Positions 45,601-58,000 of a stretch of DNA of 64,000 nucleotides are shown here, in pieces. Numbering within the stretch: the first letter of the stretch is position 1; every line of letters begins with the position of its first letter. The translations under genes and the position numbers were made by a program. The notes beneath the pieces were generated by a model that made no database searches, was not told the DNA's origin, and saw only the letters and a program-made list of their open reading frames with translations. Source of the DNA: Heteronotia binoei (Eukaryota); NCBI RefSeq assembly GCF_032191835.1, contig NC_083239.1:20522001-20586000 (forward strand). The letters run 5' to 3'.

Positions 45601-47830
45601 AATTAAAACAACCTCCCCTTCTACTACCTTCCTTCACATGTCTCTCTGCCTTAAACTCCAGTGGTGAACACAGACAAGTAGACTGTGCAGAAAATAATGG
45701 CTGTGATGTGCTCATGGCTCTGACATCACGGAGCTGCTGGTGTCATAATCCTCACTTACTAACATAGCTGGGGACAGGCATCAACATACTGTGAAGTGGG
45801 GCAGCAGCTGCCAGGGCTCAGGGCTTCCAGCAGGGCCTATGGCTACCATCTCCACTTGTCCCTGGTGCCCTCCAACCAACCAGGCTGCTGGCCATATGTG
45901 CTGCCCAGCAGAATTGATATAAGAGCATGCATACACTACGTAGCGCTTTGAGTGTCCATGGTGGAAGGGCTTGCAAGTGAGCTGCTGGGGAAGGATGTGT
46001 AGGCAGACAGTTGGGAAGGGGAACACAGGTGGGTGGGCGGGCAGGAAAAGGGGCACGATCAGGGAGTGTGGCAGCAGCTTGGGGAGGGGGCACAAGAACT
46101 TTCTGCCTGGGGCCCCCAGGAACTCTCTGTCCAGGGCCCCACAAAATCTGGAACTGGCCCTGGCCACAGAGCCCCACCCAATTCCACAAACATGTCAGGG
46201 AGGGCAGCAAGAGACACTCCTGGATTTCACAAGAATGTTGACCCACCTACCAGTGCAGAATCCACAGGGGATGGGGCTTAGTAGAACACAATCCTATCTC
46301 CACCACACATGGAGTTCTGCTTCTCTTGTCTTCCAACACATCAATTTATTTATTTCAGAAGTGTTTCCAGTAACTAGGCACTAGACACTACACAGACAGG
46401 TGCATGTTCTGTCACCAAGATGATCCATAAGAGGCACCAAGTTAAGAATTCGGGTAAAAATCAGCTGGTGGGACTAGGTTTATACATGGTCCTCCCTCCA
46501 CAGGTTCTCTGCTGTAAAAGCAGCCCCTTCGAGAGGTAATGGGTAAAGGAGGAGGAGCTGCTTGATCATATGGAAATGAGCTCTAATTTCTCAGCATCAT
46601 AACCTAGTTTCCATAATCCAGTCACTCCCAAGATTCAAGAAATCAAATAGGCTGTTCCCTTCTCCCCATATCAAGACAAGAAAATGCTAATTTTACAGGT
46701 GCATCAAAATATTAACAAATGTACACTAAATTTCCTGCACCATTTCCCTGCTCTAGAAAATAGATTTTAAAACATCTACAAAATCAGCCATGAGGAGATG
46801 AAAGATGCCCAGTTCCAGGCTGCCAAGGAAGCAAACTATCCAGTCCAGTATTTGAACACAAGGCAGAGACTCATCAGTGTGTCTCATGCAGGGATAAACC
46901 TATGAAAAGTAACTGGCAGCCCTGGACTAGATCCAGCATCCCCGGCTGCAACCTAAGAAACTAAAAGTACCTAAGCAGCATTTTGAACCGTGCAGGACAG
47001 ACATTAAAGTTGCTGGCCAGGATCTTTTGCTGGCCAAACCACATGAGGCTCCTGCAGAGCAAATCCAAATGTATTATTTAATATCTGTATTTGCCCCATA
47101 TTGCAGTGAAGATAGCTAAGCCAGCCAGAACTTGAGCAACATCCAGCTCCTGTGTGTCTCTTCAAAGGAAGTGCTCCAGGGATATAAGTCTACTCCCCCC
47201 CGCTATCTCAAGTGGGGTCTCAAAGGAAAAACAAAAAGTACAAATAGGATATCTGGAAAAGGACCAACATCCACAATCCTAGCACAAACCTTCATAACTG
47301 ACAAATTTGCCACCTGCGTTACTGGCTTTTCTGCACAGGCAGGCAGGCTTGTCTGCCTACCTGTGTGAACTGCAGTAGGGCCTGGGAATGAAGTGCCCTT
47401 TCCTGGGATGCACACACAAGCAGCTGCCCTGTGGATTGTCTCTGTGTTGCAAATGCACTCCTGGGAGATTTCTTGTGAGGGAGAACATGTAGGTAAATCT
47501 TACAGTCCAATCCACCCTTATTACCCTCCTTGGCCCTCAAAGGTCTACTCACCCAAGCCTCTTGAAGCTCTCAAAGCCTGCCGCAACATACTGGCGCCCA
47601 TTATGTAGTTCTGCCAGCTCAGTGACTCGATGGCCCTCCCTGGGGGTATAGATGCTCCTGACAGCTACAGGAGCCTGGATCATGCTGGTCACTTCGTTCA
47701 AAAAAGCCTCAAAGGTCAGGAAGCGGCGTTGACTGACCACAAACTTCCTGCCATGAAAGAAGGGGTCTCCATTCCGATAGATCACCACATTCTTGGCAAG
47801 AGGAGCCACAGCTACGGTCTCAGAGCGCAT
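27676..47830 (-). CDS. DCDC2B: Doublecortin domain-containing protein 2B (two DCX domains), about 414 aa
   Basis: Well-supported exons: 47553-47830 ([13 protein letters not shown]), 43505-43562, 34644-34720, 33677-33808 ([12 protein letters not shown]), 32513-32659 ([15 protein letters not shown]), 31766-31805, 28611-28714 ([12 protein letters not shown]), 28037-28099. Exons inferred from splice signals and phase only: 31277-31345, 30074-30116, 29739-29858, 27676-27789. Total 1245 nt, in frame. Confidence 0.88.
30244..30428. mobile_element. Palindromic CAGGGCT-family MITE
   Basis: Inverted arms of about 70 bp (GGGCT..TGTAGCAGGAACTCCTTTGCAT..GTAGCCAATCCTCC / GGAGGATTGGCTACA..GGAGTTCCTGCTACAAAA). 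Confidence 0.8.
34243..34359. mobile_element. hAT-Charlie-type MITE
   Basis: TIRs of about 38 bp starting CAGGGGTGGCCAAC; perfect TSD CTCTAGTC. Confidence 0.85.
35880..36741 (-). pseudogene. OBI1: Processed pseudogene fragment of OBI1/RNF219 (RING finger plus coiled coil)
   Basis: Conceptual translation [42 protein letters not shown]...[23 protein letters not shown]...PQKFGQF...[11 protein letters not shown] matches the OBI1 N-terminus. No introns; in-frame stops and frameshifts. Confidence 0.85.
35915..37273. repeat. Direct repeat of about 105 bp (35915-36016 and 37163-37273) flanking the LTR-OBI1 block
   Basis: ATTGTG(G/A)CATTTTAGAATCCTGAAAACATGGAAGTTCTAATCCACAGGTTGCAA..GCTCAAGGG..TATAATTTAAATTTTTATTAGAA occurs twice with few mismatches. 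Confidence 0.85.
36742..37170 (-). mobile_element. Probable solo LTR abutting the OBI1 retrocopy
   Basis: On the minus strand it runs TGTCAC...CAACA, with a CT-rich body and AATAAA about 50 nt from the end. No TSD found. Confidence 0.5.
37247..38955 (-). mobile_element. Internally deleted L1 retrotransposon (ORF1 + ORF2 C-terminal tip + A-rich tail) with 14-bp TSD
   Basis: TSD TCAAGGGTTGTTTT at 37233-37246 and 38956-38969. G-rich 5' start. ORF1-like protein at 38744-37882 (coiled coil, [24 protein letters not shown]; two frameshifts). ORF2 Cys-rich tip GTFIHCW..CPKI and [13 protein letters not shown] at 37450-37875. Confidence 0.88.
39333..39651. mobile_element. hAT-type MITE containing a (TTCC)n tract
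   Basis: CAGGGGTGGCCAAACT...AGTTTGGCCACCCTTG; perfect TSD ATATAGAG; (TTCC)n at about 39528-39595. Confidence 0.85.
40446..40643. mobile_element. CAGGGCT-family hAT MITE carrying octamer motifs; relatives at 39683-39881, 59588-59660 and 25210-25269
   Basis: Perfect TSD ATTATAGT (40438-40445 and 40644-40651); ATTTGCAT at 40483 and 40563. Confidence 0.8.
43109..43393. mobile_element. hAT-type MITE in DCDC2B intron 2; related fragment at about 2655-2790
   Basis: CAGGGGTCCCCAAC...GTTGGGGACCCG; flanks ACCTATTT/TCCTATTT. Confidence 0.65.
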
Positions 47831-49189
47831 TTCCAACTCAGTGTGCAGGCATCAGGCTGTGCATCCAGAGAAGGTGCTTGGCAAAGGGCAAAAAGAAACT
47901 ACAGTGAGCTTCCCCAGTTGAGCTGCAAGTCCTGCTACCTGATCTCTTCTCCCTTTGCCAAGGTCTGTTCTGAGTGCAACTCTACTGTTTCCATAGCATC
48001 AAACTCTCCAGGTGGGGGGGGGGAGTAGTTTCATGGGTTGGCCAGGAAGGTGAGAGTCTTTTCAGCAGGGAGGGCTACCTTTCGCCAGCTCATAAGTCAT
48101 TTTATGACTAAACCAGCAAGAGACTCAGTCTGGCACCAGAATCTATTTTTCAGTGGTGCAACTCAGTTGTGCAACATGTGACACAACAGTGCATGTGCAA
48201 AGTTCTTTTTCTCTAAGTCACATCACAGGTCTAGTATCTAAAGTACAGTTGCTGTCAGCCTTGAGCTCCAGCAACTCTCTATTGAAAAATGTACTGTTAC
48301 CATCCCATACTACTCAGAAATGTAGTATCTAGTTACCATTGCATTACAAAAGGGATGCACAATCTATTTCACTTGCCTTCTCCAACAGTCCCGCAAAATA
48401 CTTATTGTTCCCATTTTACCAATAGCAATGAAATAACTTATCATCATCATAAATCACAAGAGCAAGCAATTGTAACAAATTTTCTGTTCAGCAGATGGTA
48501 CATGTTGTGCTTTCATTAAAAACCACACCTCATATTAATCTCTGCAAATGGGTTGAAGTGACCAAATGGAAAATAACTGGCTGTTGGTACTGAAGGGTTG
48601 GCAATTTGACCTTATGACCTTTAGGTAACAATTAAGGTACAGAGACAAACCATTTGTTCATCAGGACAGGACAGGACTTGGCGCCAATGCATCCTTCAAT
48701 TGATGCTGTGATATTTTACACTACACCAGAGATGGGCTAGATTGTAGATAATCCCTCCCCCCCCTCCCATTTTAAAGTGGCCCCCTCCCAAGCTATCTGC
48801 TAGTAACAGGCTCATGTCAACGTAACTTCTGGTCTGATTTTTGATTGAGCTACTGGGCCCAGCCCACTGAAACTTTAGGCCTTAAAACTGTCTTTCTGCT
48901 TTTTGTTTGTGGCTAGACATAGCTATGATGGGCTACCCACAGAATGAACCAGGCCCTTGCCTGGCCAAATGCTCTCTGTACAGAGAGGTATGGAATGTTG
49001 TCTGACTTCAATCTAGAAGAGTAACATCAGGTAACTATGAATTAATGATGTAATATGTAGCTAGTATGTTAACTGTAGTTTTTTTTTGGGGGGGTTAGTT
49101 TTCACTGCTAATGTTTTTTTGAAATATTCTTGCACATTTTAATAAATATCATTTGATTATGTTTGGTGTTCTGTGCTTCAACTGCCTCA

Positions 49190-50110
49190 ATCCTATTTCC
49201 ACAGGTTCAACCTTCCAAAGCATTCAATGGGTGACCTCAAAGTAGTTGTTTTACTGCAAAGGAACTTCAAGAACAGAATGGAGAGAGAAACTGCTGAATT
49301 ACAAATTATTATGAAACTTGAAACAAACACCTCCCCAGGACTGAACAGGGATTACAGATGCTAAACCCACTCTCAGAACCTCAAGAACAGAATGGAGAGG
49401 GGAATTGCTGAATTACAAACTATTATGAAACTTGGAACAAACACCTCCCCAGGACTGAACAGAGATGTGGTTTTGTTTTTTTTAATCTCATTACATATGC
49501 TAAACCCACTTTCACCAAGTAGGGCAATATATCCACAATATTCCAATGTATTTCTCTTTTAGGCTAGTGTATCAGAATAATGCTTTTGTATTGACATACT
49601 CAAACTAGGGATATTGGCTGTTTATCTCATAACATATATTAAACCCATTTTCTACTATATTTTAATGTACTTTTCCTAATGGCAAACTAGAATGATGTAT
49701 ATATTTATGTTACATGTTAAAAGGTAAATTAGTTGGACAGGAAAAACTTCTGGGAAAGAAATGCCTTCTTTTTGACCCCGGTTTATTAGCAATAGAATAA
49801 TTAGCAGGCATTCTCACATTCTGACATTACTGTTTTATGGTTTCCCATGCTAACGCAACCCAGATCAAAGGTTTTCTGAATTTGTTAATTTTACTATTCT
49901 GCTATTGGTTTTTAACTTTGTACCACTTGGCATTCCAAACCCTACCAGCTATGCTTACTGTACTCTGCTTACTGTACCTCATTCCTCGTCTGAAGAAGTG
50001 TGCATGCACACGAAAGCTTATGTTCTGAATAAAATTAAGTTGGTCTTAAAGGTGCAATTGACTTCTATTTGTTCTACTACTTCAGACCAACATGGCTGAC
50101 TATTTGGATC
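49190..50110 (+). mobile_element. Penelope-like element 3' remnant (GIY-YIG C-terminus, tandem duplication, terminal repeat)
   Basis: FNLPKHSMGDLKVVVLLQRNFKNRMERETAELQIIMKLETNTSPGLNRD resembles the PLE endonuclease end. Duplication of about 85 bp (49267 and 49381). Typical squamate PLE terminus at 49990-50110. Confidence 0.8.
49985..50025 (+). ncRNA. Minimal type I hammerhead-ribozyme-like motif of a Penelope element
   Basis: CTGAAGA (49990-49996), an extra A, a perfect stem II GTGTGC-AT-GCACAC, GAAA (50012-50015) and palindromic AGCT. Stem I is weak. Confidence 0.55.
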
Positions 50111-50439
50111 TATTAGACTTTAAGAGTTCACCTCCTAGGTTAATTGTTGTGGAAACTCATTTTGCAAGTGATCTACCTTGCGGGTCTAACTTTCTTCAGT
50201 AATCCCAGTAAAGTTAGAAGCTTGCCTCTTAGCTACTGACTGTGTGGGTAGTCCAAGGGGCTGGTGGCAGACACCCAAACTGGTGAGTGTGTGGATATCT
50301 TCCCCGTCCCCCAGGGTTTTTGTAATTCTGTACTCTGCCACAAGAATCCCTTAACACGTCAAAAAATAATCACACATATAGAAACCATAACTTCTGTAAG
50401 CTGTTTCAGGACATCTTCCCAGAAAGTAAAGAAAAAGGT

Positions 50440-50718
50440 AGTGCCCTTTTCAAGCACCAGTCGTTTCCAACTCTGGAGTGACGTCGCATCACGTTTTCAT
50501 GGCAGACTTTTTTACGGAGTGGTTTGCCATTGCCTTCCCCCGTCATCTACACTTTCCCCCCCCCAGCAAGCTGGGTACTCATATTACTGACCTTGGAATG
50601 GTGAAAAGCTGAGCCAACCTTGAGCCGGCTACCTGAACCCAGCTTCTGCTGGAATCGAACTCAGGTCGTGAGCAGAGAGCTTCGACTGCAGTACTGAAGC
50701 TTTACCACTCTGCACCAT
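50440..50718 (-). mobile_element. tRNA-derived SINE with BovB/Sauria-like tail; tail fragment at 20715-20815 (+), internal fragment at 51140-51185
   Basis: Pol III head GGTGCAGAGTGGTAAAGC..GAGTTCGATTCC and tail GGGGAAGGCAATGGCAAACCAC. Confidence 0.7.
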
Positions 50719-51452
50719 TTCAGCCTCCCCCTCACTTGCTATCTTGGGAATTTTCCCAACAGAGTCAGATGACCTTTTCTATAAGGACTTAACATGTGAG
50801 CAAGGATGATAATCTGTTAGCTCTGAAAAGGATCTTCAAACCTAAACTTTTGGGAATGGTGAAGCTCCAGAACCAAATTGTGATGGACAAAGTTATGCAT
50901 TCAAATGAAAACAGTCAAAGAGGTGAGCTTAGCCAGGAATGCCATTAGCTTAAGTCAATCACTCTGCATGAATCCAAGCAGCACAAATCACAACAATAAA
51001 CAAGATTAATAGTATACTCAATATACATTTTACATTTGTAAAACAAAGTAATAAAATGATTAAAAAGCAACCACACATAGCATATTCTAAAGGAGGTAGT
51101 GCCTTTGTCTGCAGAGAAAGTGCGCTCTTGAGGCAGGCCTATATGGTGAAAAGCTGAATCAACCTTGAGCCGGCTACCTGAATTCATTTGATTCAGGGCC
51201 ACACCCCACCAACCCACCCCAAAGGCCAGCTCATGCAGGTGTGCCAGCTGCACTTATTTGCCTCGCTACAGGGCAGAGCAGCGAGCCAGGGCAGCGTGCA
51301 AGCTGAATGGGTGGGTGGGCCCTTTCTGCAGTGCACCTATGCAAGGGAGATGTCTCAATCACATGATCCAGCCACCATGGATCAAATGATGCCAGGCACC
51401 TGCACCAGGAGACAAGTCATGGGTCACATGAAACTAGGAAGTAGTTTGATAT

Positions 51453-53100
51453 TATAGCAGGAAGACCCCGCAATTTGTCTGTTAAAAGCAGGCGCAATGA
51501 CAGATGAGTGTGCTGCCAACAGCAAGTAAGCACACCGGGGACGTAGACCCAAGGACCAATCAAGCACCGGAACCTCTGAGAAGGGCTCCAAATGGCTTGG
51601 TCGGTGATACTAAAGGCCTGGTCATTGAGACTAAATAAGGGGGATGGGTTCATAGGTGTAAGGAGTTCAGTAAGTGCCCAGGTAGTTTCTGATTGTGGTC
51701 TCCGTGTCAAAAGGATTCCACCCGCAATCTAAAGCATTAATCCACCAGTTGAGGGTGGAGGGGGTGGAGGGTACCTCCGTCTCAACGCATGGGCACCGGT
51801 TGCAGTGAACTGAGTGAAGAGCTACCAATGAGGGTTTGTCCTGGACAATCTGGGGTGCCCAGTGTTCGGTATCGTTTAAGGCTTCTGGGACTGCCGTGCG
51901 TTGTTTTACCTCCCAGGCGCAAATGGGTTCACCCGCTTTTTGTCTAAAAAAATAGCACCGTGCCCAAGTACCACACCATCGTCCAGTGGGGGTCCTAGTT
52001 CGACATTTTAACAGCCACCCCGTTGTGGTATGCTGAACCCCTTTCCACAATTGAACGCACAGGTAGGGGCAAAGAGGCTGTTGCCAGCTAAGAGTTAATA
52101 TCCCCGGGGTGTTAACCCAAGGGCTAACCAAAGAATGGAATCTATCGGTGGGGTCCCACGGACTGTGATCCTCATGGGCAAAAATACAATGTGTGTCTCC
52201 TCCCACGTTTTCCAGACAGACAGGACAACTAGGACACAAAGTTAGGGAGGGTGAACACATATAGGAGCCTAAGGAACTGCTTCCCGGTTTTTGCCGCCTG
52301 CTGCAGTCTCCTGAGCAGGAAATGGGCTACTGACCGGTCCACTTTTGCTTCGGAACCAGGTTCCGTCTCATCCACACACCACTCAAACCACACACACACT
52401 TGACAAACTTCCTCCCACAATTTTCCTATGCAGTCACTGTTAGAAGGCTGCAGGCGGAGGGGCGGAGGGTTCAAACTGCCACTTCCTTCTCCTCCTGCAG
52501 GTTCTGTAAGGGCTGCTGCGAGGTGATCACGCTCGCCTTCCCTCCGAGATGGGCTTAAGCCAAGCAATCTCGTATGGAGGGGTCCTACTACCCAGTGGCC
52601 AAGGATTCTATACTTACTCCGGAGTCTCCTGTGTTGTGGCTGGTTCCTGTTGCCTTTTCCAGGTCCGGTTAGTCCTCAGCCAAGCTCCAGCTGAGGACGG
52701 GGCAGACAGATGATGGTCAGCCGAAGAGGGCCAGGAGCTCCTTACCGCAAATCTGGTCCTCCCCGCCAGCAGCCGGGGTTGACCGGGCTAAGCAGCGGGG
52801 CTCAAGACCCCTACCACATCCGAGTCATTGCACCAAGATTTATGTAGCAGGAAGACCCCGCAATTTGTCTATTAAAAGCAGGCACAATGACAGATGAGGT
52901 CTCTGAGGCAAACTCAGGAAAACAGCTTCCTCTTTATTAAAGACACACGTGTGGGCTCGATTCTCTTGGCATCTGCCCAAAGGTGAGATCTGAGCAAAGG
53001 GTACAGCAAAACACAAGCTTTTATACTGTTTCAGCATTTCCTGCACTGACACTAACCGCAACCGCAACGCATTTCCCCTGTTCCGCACGAAGCCCTTATA
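51453..53100 (-). mobile_element. Deleted endogenous retrovirus: 5' LTR part, tRNA-His PBS, internal region, 3' LTR stub
   Basis: Direct repeat of about 58 bp at 51453-51510 and 52843-52900 (LTR end ..GCTACA). PBS TGGTGCAATGACTCGGAT at 52818-52835 matches the tRNA-His PBS TGGTGCCGTGACTCGGAT at 16/18. TATAAAA and AATAAA lie in the upstream LTR part. Confidence 0.8.
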
Positions 53101-55048
53101 CTGGTGCTCTTATGATTTCTTTATAGTTCCCTATTTTGCAGCTGTATAAGAAAGCATGGGGCTTGAGCTGACACTAGTTGGCTACCAGTGATACATCTTT
53201 TGGGCTTCCGTAGTTTCCTGTGCTGCCTGGGCTTGATGATGTTGAAATGCACCTGTTAGGGAACTAATATGCTACCAGCTTCTGCAGCAGTAGACCTGAT
53301 GAATTATTACTGCTAAGCTTTCTTGAATATGTCCAGGCTTGCTTTGCAGTTTGCTTTTGATTAATAAGCTATAGCTTAAGCATGCTTAAATATCTATTAT
53401 TTGACCCACTGCTATAATATCAAGTCATGGTTTGCTCATTTGATTTCTTTTAGGGGAGGAAAAGGAGCATGTGGAATAGGCAGGTTGTCTAAGACATTTC
53501 TGAGGCCTAGAAACTTTTGCAGTCTTCTTTGCAGAGTTGCTGAGAGGGCATATGGCTGGTTGGATTACTTCAGGCAAACTCTAAGATCCCTTTGAATGTT
53601 AAAGGACTGCAGTGGAAGGCATGTATGTGTGTGGGAGCATTTATCTACACAGACACCCTATCCACCCCTGGAAATGAGTTCACATGTCAGTGTTTTTATG
53701 TAATGTATTTATTGAGTGGCAAGGCATGGCACCTTTGGGGCAGATTCCACCCTGATACATTTGGATATGCAACAGTACCAATTTGACTATGAGCTTTTCA
53801 CAAAACAGGGAAATATTCACTCTTTTTCAAAACCTAGAACAAGCTGGCCAGGTAGAGATCTGGTGGCAGGGAGTTCCACAAAACTGAACTTCATACAGGA
53901 GGGAAGATAACATTACTCTCTAAAGGACTTGATGGCAGGGTGTAGGTCAACCAAATCAATGCATAAAGACCTCTTCTAATTTCCCTGCTGGGGCAATGCA
54001 CTCAAAGATACAAAGAACAGCCTCCAAACAGTGAAAAAAATATTCAAAAATAAAACACACATGCTGAACCCCTGACAAAGCCCCTCAGACTCCACAGTCC
54101 AAGTATCAGACCAGTAATGGTGTCTGATGATAGAGTTCTGGAAAAGGCTGATGACATGACTGCATAACAAGGCTGATTTAAACACATATCAAGCTTCACG
54201 AGTGCAAAAAGAAAGACTACTCCACCTGTGGAAAGACCAGAGAAGAGCTGGGGTTCAGAGGGAGAATTCACAGTGAGATTCCAAAGGTTTCTAAGCTGGA
54301 CACTCAGTAGTTGGAACACTGGCAACCACAAAGCTCTTGTCTACAACTTGAGACATATAGAGATGTGGCTCCTTCTTTCCAGTACCCCATATGCAATAAC
54401 AGTCAACACACCTGGGCCAAATACCAGCTAGTTCAGAAAAGGTTGCTAAACATGAAATTTCAGCTTGAACTTGCCTCCATCAAAGGCTGTATAAATTCAG
54501 CCTGCAGAAATATTGCTTTGGATCCTCAGCTGCCGTTCCATCAGTGTAATTCCAAGCAGAATGGCATCTCTGTTGGTGTAGGAGAAGAGGGCGATTTCTG
54601 CCAATTTCCCCCTCCTATTGCTCCCAATAGTGTTCCTGGGGGCCCACTAACTTTCAGGAGCACAATTTTGGGAGGCACAGAAGCCTGCAGCAAGAGGAGG
54701 GAACAAGCATGGCTTTCTTCCAGTGCAATTCTAGTCACACTCATTAGGATGTAAGCCAGACCTACATAAGGTATCTGTCAATAACACACCCACCATAAGA
54801 ACATCTTTGGTTTGAGAAGTCCACAGGTAAGCTTCATTGTTGCTCTTGCAAATGTCAAAGCTGAGCACAATCAGGATCCAGGGAGGCCACGTGAAGTGAT
54901 TAATTCCAAAGAGCTAAAAAGACTTGCCTGCTGTCATGGAGGGAGTGCCCTCCCACACTCTCTTTTCTCCAGCAGTTGGCAAAGGAGGGCGAACTTCCAA
55001 CTCTGTGTACACAGGGACCTTGGGACATGTCTACAGAACAGCATTCAG

Positions 55049-58000
55049 TTACTCGTGGTTGCACAAGCTCTGTTTCAGGTTCAGATACTGGAATGGGGAG
55101 GGAGAGAGAGTAAAGGGAAATCAAACACTGAGGCAGTTCAGTCAAAACTGGTATATTTTGAAAAGCATCCAGCAGTTGCTTCCAAAATAAATATTAAATC
55201 TGCATGAAACTTTATATTTATCTGCTCAGTTCCAAAAGAAACCCACGCATGCACACACATGGTAACATCTCTTCCCCAACCCCACCCTCTGTCAATCTTT
55301 TGTATCTGTCTACTGTGACTACAAATGGTTGAACACCCACAGATTTAAAGGAACACAGAGGAATTCTCCCAGGCCCCATGTCTTCCCACTCAAAGGAAGA
55401 CATGCATCCTAACACATCTCTTGCCCACAGATCTCTGCTTGCAAAAGACACAAACTAGTGCAGAAGGCACAGTAGAGAACCTACCCCCACAGTTGTTTGG
55501 GCTTTGGACATTTATGGGAGCACCTGAAACTCCTGAACGCTCCTTACATTCTTACGGCTGACGATGGCTTGTTGCAGCCACAGCAGTTCCATGGTCAGGT
55601 GTTTTCGGTAGTGCTGAAGGTCAGGCAGAGCTTGGGGAATCTCTGGCACTCCTTGGAAATGGAGTTCTGCACAATGAGAAATTAACCTTAAGAAGCCATA
55701 CCTTTTCCCCTTGACTCTCCCTTCCCACTATTGCCTCCACACACTGATGAAATTTGGTGTATAAGTTCTTAGGGACAGGAACTTGTTAGGTGTGTATGCT
55801 GATGCTACTTGGTGTAAAACAATATGTAGATACTTTAAAAAAGAACTAAACCAGTAATAGCACAAAATGTAGATTCAGAAATGGCAGAAGAGCTTAAACT
55901 TCCAAGGGAGTGGGTTCCAGATGCCTTACCTTGACTCAGTCTGGGAGACTCCATCTCCAGAATAAGGCTGCCCCATTCAGATGACACATTGCTGAAGTCT
56001 TTGCTTTCTGCATTCTCTCCTGGCAGGACACAGACATTCCCAAAGGGCTCAGCCACAGGATGCTCTGGTTCAGGCCTCACATCCCCAGCCTCTACTTCTG
56101 CAGCTCTTTCATCCAGAAGCTGGCTTGGAAGTTGCATCTCACAGTTACAGTCATTTTCTGTTTGTAATGTTTCTTGATTACTAAACTTCTGCTCTTCATT
56201 GTGGGCACTGCCCTGCTTGCTGAATCCCATCTCTTGGCCACTTAATTCCCTTCTTTGACTTGGCTTCTGCGCAGACTAGATTGAAGACATCAAGCAGAAA
56301 CAAGAATATGAGAGACAGAAAGATATGATAAGGCCCTTGTGGCCCAGAAGGTACAACATTTCAGTCCCTTACACATCCTCTCTCTAGCAGAGAGACCAAC
56401 AAGGAGACACAGGTCCCCTTCAAGACCCACAAAAACATAGCAATGATAACTTTCAGAAGCAAAGGCTGACATTGTGAGAAGAAGCACCGAATCATTTGTC
56501 AATGCAAACTTCCACCCACAGTGGCTTTGGTTGCAGCAAATCTGTTTAAGCACCCCCAGACATTAAATGCATTGCTGCCACCACCAGAAGCAGCATGAAC
56601 CAATTCTTTTACCTTTGAGAGAAAAACAGGCTTTGGTATGGCATGTTGACTCCACTGCAGCTCATCCAGATTCCCTTCAATTTGCTTTACAATGCTCTCG
56701 TAGTCTCCCTTTAAGCTTTGAAACTTGTTCCTGATGAGGTGACCCCGAACACACGCCTAGGAAGAAAGAATCATTCTTTAAAATCAAGAATGACAAATAA
56801 GAGGACAGCCCCACTCCTTGCCACAAAACAAGGCCACAAAGATCAGCTAATGAGAACTCCCCCACTTTGGCTCCGCTGTGCCACATGACAAGCATAATTT
56901 AAGCAGGTCTGTCACTTTATCTCCAAGCCAGGAGGGGCAGCAGCAAAGATAGTTTTTAAAAAATGGCTTCCTACATTTGTCTAGTAGCCTGTGGGAATAC
57001 TATGAACTTTTTACTATGAAAAGGGTGGCAATTGGGGGAGAGCTGTCCCAGAGGCACTCACTAGTGTGTGGGGTGCCACAGGGGGCAGTTCTCTCTCCGA
57101 TGTTATTTAACATCTACATGTGCCCCCTTGCCCAGATTGCCCAGAGGTTTGGGTTTGGGTACCGTCAATATGCAGATGACACCCAGCTCTATCTACTAAT
57201 GGACGGTCGGCCTGACTGCGTCCTGAAAAATCTGGACCTAGCATTGCAGGCCGTGGCAGGTTTGCTCAGGCTGAATGGGTTGAAGTTGAAACGAAGACAG
57301 AGGTCCTTTGCTTGGGCTGCGGTGCCCCAGGAAGGGAAATCCCTCTTCCGGTTTTTGACGGTGTGCCGCTGAAAGCGGCCCACAGGGTCAAGAGCTTGGG
57401 GGTTCTTCTGGAGCCTTCACTGTCAATGGAGGCACAGATAGCGGCCACTGCCAAGTCCGTGTTTTTTCATCTTCGATGGGCGAAGCAGTTGGCCCCCTTC
57501 CTTGAGCGCCGGGACCTAGCAATGGTGATCCATGCAACGGTCACCTTGAGACTGGATTACTGTAACGCCCTCTACATGGGGCTGCCCTTGTGCCGAACCC
57601 GGCGGCTGCAGCTCGTGCAGAACGCAGCGGCTAGGCTGTTGTTGAGACTCCCGAGGTGGGAGCACATACAGCCGGGGCTGCGCGGGCTGCACTGGCTGCC
57701 AGTGGTGTACCGGGTTCATTACAAAGTGCTGGTTATTACCTTTATAGCCCTATATGGCCGAGGACCTGCCTACCTGAGGGACCGTCTCTCCCCACATGAA
57801 CCCCAGAGAGTGCTGAGGTCAGCTGGAAAGAACCAGCTGAATATCTCTGGGCCAAGGGAGGCCAAATTGAAGACTACTCGGGAACGGGCCTTCTCTATTG
57901 CAGCTCCACTACTGCGGAACCAGCTCCCAGAGAAAGTGCGGGCCCTGCGGTGTTTGGACCAATTCCGCAGGGGCTGCAAGACCTTTCTCTTTAAAATGGC

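Noticed and set aside
49267-49465. Spaced direct repeat resembling a CRISPR or LTR pair
   Set aside because: Only two copies, derived from Penelope coding sequence; eukaryotic context, no cas genes.
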